Positions 61,901 to 64,000 of a DNA stretch of 64,000 bases are shown one piece after another. The notes below the pieces were generated by a model, which did no database searches, had not been told where the DNA came from, and saw nothing but the letters and a program-made list of their open reading frames with translations. Location: NCBI GenBank assembly GCA_028712565.1, contig JAQTPW010000001.1:77114-141113 (forward strand). Reading direction: 5' to 3'. Position numbers and translations under genes: made by a program. Numbering within the stretch: position 1 is the stretch's first letter; the number at the start of each line of letters is the position of its first letter. The DNA comes from Minisyncoccota bacterium. Its GTDB lineage: Bacteria; Patescibacteriota; Minisyncoccia; Minisyncoccales; JAQTPW01.

Positions 61901-64000
61901 AATGGCAAGCGAATTATAAGCACCAATAGTATATGTCGACTCTATGGTCGTCGTAGTCCAATTACTGGAAGAAGTGCAATTTTGAGTTGTGCATTTGGCA
62001 AAAAGAAGATCCATTGCGGCTCCAGCCAAATTATAACTAATTGCCGGGTAGCCATCCGCGCCAATCGCAAGAGAATTGTAACCTCCAGCAGAACCCGCAG
62101 TCTGAACCGTAGCAGTATCCCAATTGCTAGACGAAGTGCAATTATTGGTATCGCATCTGGCAAAAAGAAGATCGTAATTTGTCGTATCATAATAACTAAT
62201 AACCGGATATCCGTCGTTTCCAACCGCAATGGAGTTAGATGAGCCGACGTCCCCGACGGCATGAACCGTAGTGGTGTCCCACGCGCTAGACGAGGTGCAA
62301 TTTCCAGTGTCGCATTTTGCAAAAATAAGATCGTAACTACCAGGAACAGTTGTATCAACGTAGCTGATTACGGGGTAACCGTCGTTTCCAATAGCTATTG
62401 AAGAATTCCAACCTACGCTGCCTGCTGTTTGCACAGTAGTGGTAGTCCAGCTATCAGAAGAAGTGCAATTTTGAGTTGTGCATTTGGCAAAGAGGAGGTC
62501 GGCAGAGCCGCCATCATAATAACTAATAACCGGATATCCGTCGTTTCCAACCGCAATGGAGTTAGATGAGCCAATGGTTCCAGCGGTTGCAACTGTAGTA
62601 GTCGTCCAGTCACTGGCTTGAGTGCAATTCCCGCCGGTACATCGCGCAAATAAAAGATCGTCATTTGTATCGTCAAAATAACTGATCATTGGATATCCGT
62701 CTTTCCCAATTGCAATGGAGGTGCCTGCGCCAACATTGCCGCCAGAGGCCACAGTCGTTGCATTCCATTCTTTTAGATTAGCACCCGAATTTAAACTTGG
62801 CGGGCCGCCAAAAGCCAAATCCGTCCAGTCATTATTTCCATGATCGTATTGGACTTTATAGGTTTTAGTTCCTGCAAGGTCTCCGGTATTATCAACTTGA
62901 AACCGAGCGATTAACCTTTCGCCTTTTTTTACAGCAAAACTAGTGTTTGGCGCAGTTGATGTTGAGTCAGAACTAATAGTAGTCCCGTCATCGTTTTGGA
63001 AAACGTACGCGCGTTGGGTAATTGTTGCAACTGGAATATGAACGGTTACCTGCGGATAAATTGTATATGCCATTCCGGTCGTGGTGCCGTTGTTAGTCAA
63101 TCGGAAGCAAAAAGTTTTTTGGCTTGTTATAGTAGAAGTTGGAACTAACGCGTATTCAAACTCGGTATATTTTAAATTTCCTAATGTAAAAGGCGATGTC
63201 GTGCTGTTTGGAATGGCAAGAGCTGACCCCGTTCCGGTTGCAAATGTTCTGCCATCTGAAGTAAGTAAAGATGTTTGCACCGTAGAACGGCTAGCATATT
63301 TTGTGGAAGTCGCCAATTCAAAATACTGTGCAGTTGCAGTTTTTGGAACTTCAGTATATGTTTCAGTGGTACAATCGCCTGTTTTTTCCGCATATTCAAT
63401 CTTATAAATATTCTCAGTTCCAGTCCCATTGCTGGTATTGGCAATTTCTATTCTTAAGCGCAGGGTAGTCCCAACCAAAGTTGTAGTAGAATTATCTTCT
63501 TCTGCGGCAAATCCGCCGGAGGTATCCAAGGCCGCCGAATCATCTCTCCATCTGTAATGTTTCAGATCTAGAATTACAGGCGTGTATGAAACAACAATTA
63601 CGCCTTGAGCTCCGGAGCCGCCAGTACTGCCGCCACCGCCGCCTCCACCGTAACCTCCTCCAAAACCACCAACATCACTAGTGGGGTCCCCGGCGCCTCC
63701 GCCTCCACCACCTGAACCAGCTATTTTTGAGTCAGACGTTTGTGTCCATTCTGTCCCATAACCACCAGTGCCTCCGCCATAGTTATCAACACCTCCTCCT
63801 CCACCACCTCCATCGCTTCCCGGATTTCCAATACCCGTACTTGTGGCAGCCCCGCCCGAACCTGCCCAGTTGTTGCCCCCGCGCGCCCCCCAAGGAGTAT
63901 CTACTGTTCCTGATATACCATCGCTGCCTCCACCGCCACCACCGCCACCACCACCTGAACCATATGTACCGCTAGTATGGCCAGCTCCTCCTGCCGCTCC
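56000..64000 (-). CDS. Giant adhesin-like surface protein (>=2666 aa, 5' partial)
   Basis: I translated the frame open from 64000. Gly-rich domain ending GAQGVIVVSY; two blocks of Cys-containing SIAIG.DG.P.ISY propeller-like repeats; beta-helix-like FYNLTFNG repeats; C-terminal pilin/WxL-like domain ending ADVYEGTIYLT. Confidence 0.88.
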   Translation of the reverse strand, partial: GAAGGAGHTSGTYGSGGGGGGGGGGSDGISGTVDTPWGARGGNNWAGSGGAATSTGIGNPGSDGGGGGGGVDNYGGGTGGYGTEWTQTSDSKIAGSGGGGGGAGDPTSDVGGFGGGYGGGGGGGSTGGSGAQGVIVVSYTPVILDLKHYRWRDDSAALDTSGGFAAEEDNSTTTLVGTTLRLRIEIANTSNGTGTENIYKIEYAEKTGDCTTETYTEVPKTATAQYFELATSTKYASRSTVQTSLLTSDGRTFATGTGSALAIPNSTTSPFTLGNLKYTEFEYALVPTSTITSQKTFCFRLTNNGTTTGMAYTIYPQVTVHIPVATITQRAYVFQNDDGTTISSDSTSTAPNTSFAVKKGERLIARFQVDNTGDLAGTKTYKVQYDHGNNDWTDLAFGGPPSLNSGANLKEWNATTVASGGNVGAGTSIAIGKDGYPMISYFDDTNDDLLFARCTGGNCTQASDWTTTTVATAGTIGSSNSIAVGNDGYPVISYYDGGSADLLFAKCTTQNCTSSDSWTTTTVQTAGSVGWNSSIAIGNDGYPVISYVDTTVPGSYDLIFAKCDTGNCTSSSAWDTTTVHAVGDVGSSNSIAVGNDGYPVISYYDTTNYDLLFARCDTNNCTSSSNWDTATVQTAGSAGGYNSLAIGADGYPAISYNLAGAAMDLLFAKCTTQNCTSSSNWTTTTIESTYTIGAYNSLAIGTDGLPIISYNASTSEGKGVLKIAKCGNSSCTFGNTLYVVDNSSNEVGLNTSIAISPDGWPIVSYFDSTNQDLRVAKMLPNYELQPSWGLSGTSTTALTSSSTGACTENTSWQDGEWYEGTATSSSITLSVSKCTELAFAIDTSEATASTTYRLRLVSSDGTALDGYSQYPTLTVVPETSNTKRYSKDAVLTLAASCSATSSFDCNTVNTTTAQTYNGQYPAIAIGFDGLPVIASTNDANGDLIVCKCNDPGCTGGDELCSVVDTGTDWDPSIAIGSDGFPVISFVRTYTLYVCKCNDPACTGGDETCSSISTTRGQADDTSIAIRQDGNPIISFRDGNQNDFPTNTTTLAVCSCSDTSCSGTKTCTTLDNTVKDANNDSAGSGSSIKIGTNGIPMISYSANIDFENSIKVCKCANTSCTSAICGSVYTGGDTETSMAISAEGLPVISFQGGVCKCKTQTCTAATCSVISSSHYNSIAIGYDNNPVISSCSDSINNLRICNCTNATCTVASCGTIDSLSDENNNSNCPIAIGADGNPIIAYYDYTNAYLRIAKGLGLPQTAISYFNNYLKTDNQIKLTRTQWASPATTSAMFLEANPAAEDGLTYWFDNSDYTNISTTTDSSASSSITSAGGSTATSSPIFVFTDNHAANTNSLYSRWIGQSNVGASSNKIYLQIFRFGNSSSTTLWETVASSSACTANTDCTIDGTVTANLSDYYFPEYKFNDSAGTTTAEFWTFWRVYQDGGAENLKTDYWGIQYDAFPAPPSAGITVSGVIYTEEGTGAYDCSGNNLTVNLKVNGGETIYSGTCEDADGSYNISEVLVGAVGDVLTVYLDGETEKANAITRASSTDYNISDLDLYQNRIIVRHEDSTPLNISDLDYYDSGQDADILFLASSTAGTLTASDTSEFFVRSGSTFLFYSTSTAGTINLHDFDNNGTITASTTKDISVSGIWDNDGIFNAASSTVTFTSTLATTTIKTGGSSFYNLTFNGSNGVWTFQDDATTTNDLTVTAGTASSTYNMYVYGGDVLGNGTLNWLGGTFMVDGSGYFGGTSEWTFYDLTFGDGSISTAITATSTGTTTITDVLTVSTSQTLNAGEKSWVLSGSGTPFVLDGGFGPATSTFYYTATANTNIKSTLYYNLNLSPSGAGTPTYTLSIISLTCNNNLTIGDGTNEVIVNIDTNDPSLDINGNFTLSANATTVASNLRTLSVAGNWTNSGNFDANSGTTTFDATVPRTITTGGSPFYNLYFNGSGGGWWTFQDDATTTNDLTVTQGAVVISHYDMNVLGGDVTGDGTLTWLDGTFMVDGTGEFGGATDWTFYDLTFGDGSGPQATTTAINTATTTISNYLTIAANQGLDAGFRDWIIAGACAGTAPYTPFPISGSFNASSSTFKYTSWGDTNITATTYYNLELGVGDLNLTYNLGTTTGQTIVVNNEFVIGDSVNPFTASANLYNPIIDVNGSTTITASAVFVASTSAITVAGNWENSGTFTAASSTVTFDGTAAGQKITSGGSAFYNLTFNGSGGAWAFQDDASTSNNFTITNGAVTAPTILSVGGNWSVTLPGAFTHNSGEIIFIATNSGHTISDGGSPFYKINFNGTGGEWLYSDGTSTAPSTTTVQAGTPTFLNAKTGGVSVTGGTLYVDWYLGIHAVDANDTDVNIENATCTVSEVSGSSTIWSYNAGSWGDATDSAVATTSSGGKTPQPTSAGAIRIREYKRTSSATTTYNYNLTVAVLGFSDYDYYLDQGNKYLTSTSSLEAQDNTIYVGWHRQTNSSMNGSPPYSGLDAPPEMGSWYVGLTSDLQFEISTDQIDLTLNQGNDFTATSFITLLATTSYPTGFTITADMRDTEGKLSSTTESVYIQRFAYNNISPVAWDENCNASSTRCGFGYNTDDLSLAGSDTNYDRYASTTFCGSDLCWSGFATTIEAVDTVADTSSGGGQNNTIILKASVASTQQADVYEGTIYLTCTANY

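Noticed and set aside
54007-62760. Diversity-generating retroelement (Avd-like four-helix bundle plus repeats in the adhesin)
   Set aside because: There is no reverse transcriptase in the window. The repeats are in-frame domain duplications, and I saw no adenine-specific mismatch pattern or non-coding template repeat.
1-64000. Alternative genetic code (TGA as Gly) and structural RNA genes
   Set aside because: Conserved genes are full length in code 11, and murC and the four-helix-bundle gene end at TGA. I recognised no tRNA or rRNA by eye; a covariance-model scan was not possible.
63600-64000. GC-rich (CCN)n tract as a separate repeat or foreign element
   Set aside because: It is the Gly-rich coding region of the giant adhesin, in frame and without stops.

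Overview
This 64-kb AT-rich chromosomal segment looks like a Patescibacteria (CPR, Parcubacteria/Paceibacteria-like) genome. That assignment is inferred from gene content and protein style; the genetic code is standard (TGA is used as stop). Core genes include ctpA, rplI, pyrG, rpmA, uppS, a Xer recombinase with a candidate dif site just upstream, gltX, a cell-wall cluster (murG, ftsW, murD, murL-like, mraY, D,D-carboxypeptidase), aspS, murC, an AmmeMemoRadiSam/rlmN/fmt cluster and thpR. They are interleaved with single accessory genes, many with their own Shine-Dalgarno site and terminator. The last 17 kb is a minus-strand surface-structure locus: a giant adhesin (>=2666 aa, open to the window edge), a pilin/WxL-like subunit, two DUF916-like proteins, a dockerin protein and three membrane-anchored cohesin-domain proteins. 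The most unusual signal is a layer of small inverted-repeat-bounded elements. A GxxExxY nuclease domain and a four-helix-bundle gene each sit between inverted tandem-repeat arms. CCC..GGG-ended MITE-like elements, two with GIY-YIG-like remnants, sit at or beside the start codons of pyrG, ftsW, murC and amrS. Nested 3n-length REP-like palindromes and cargo-free repeat arrays occur inside coding sequences. I recognised no rRNA, tRNA, CRISPR array, reverse transcriptase or transposase. All family calls are by eye, without database searches.
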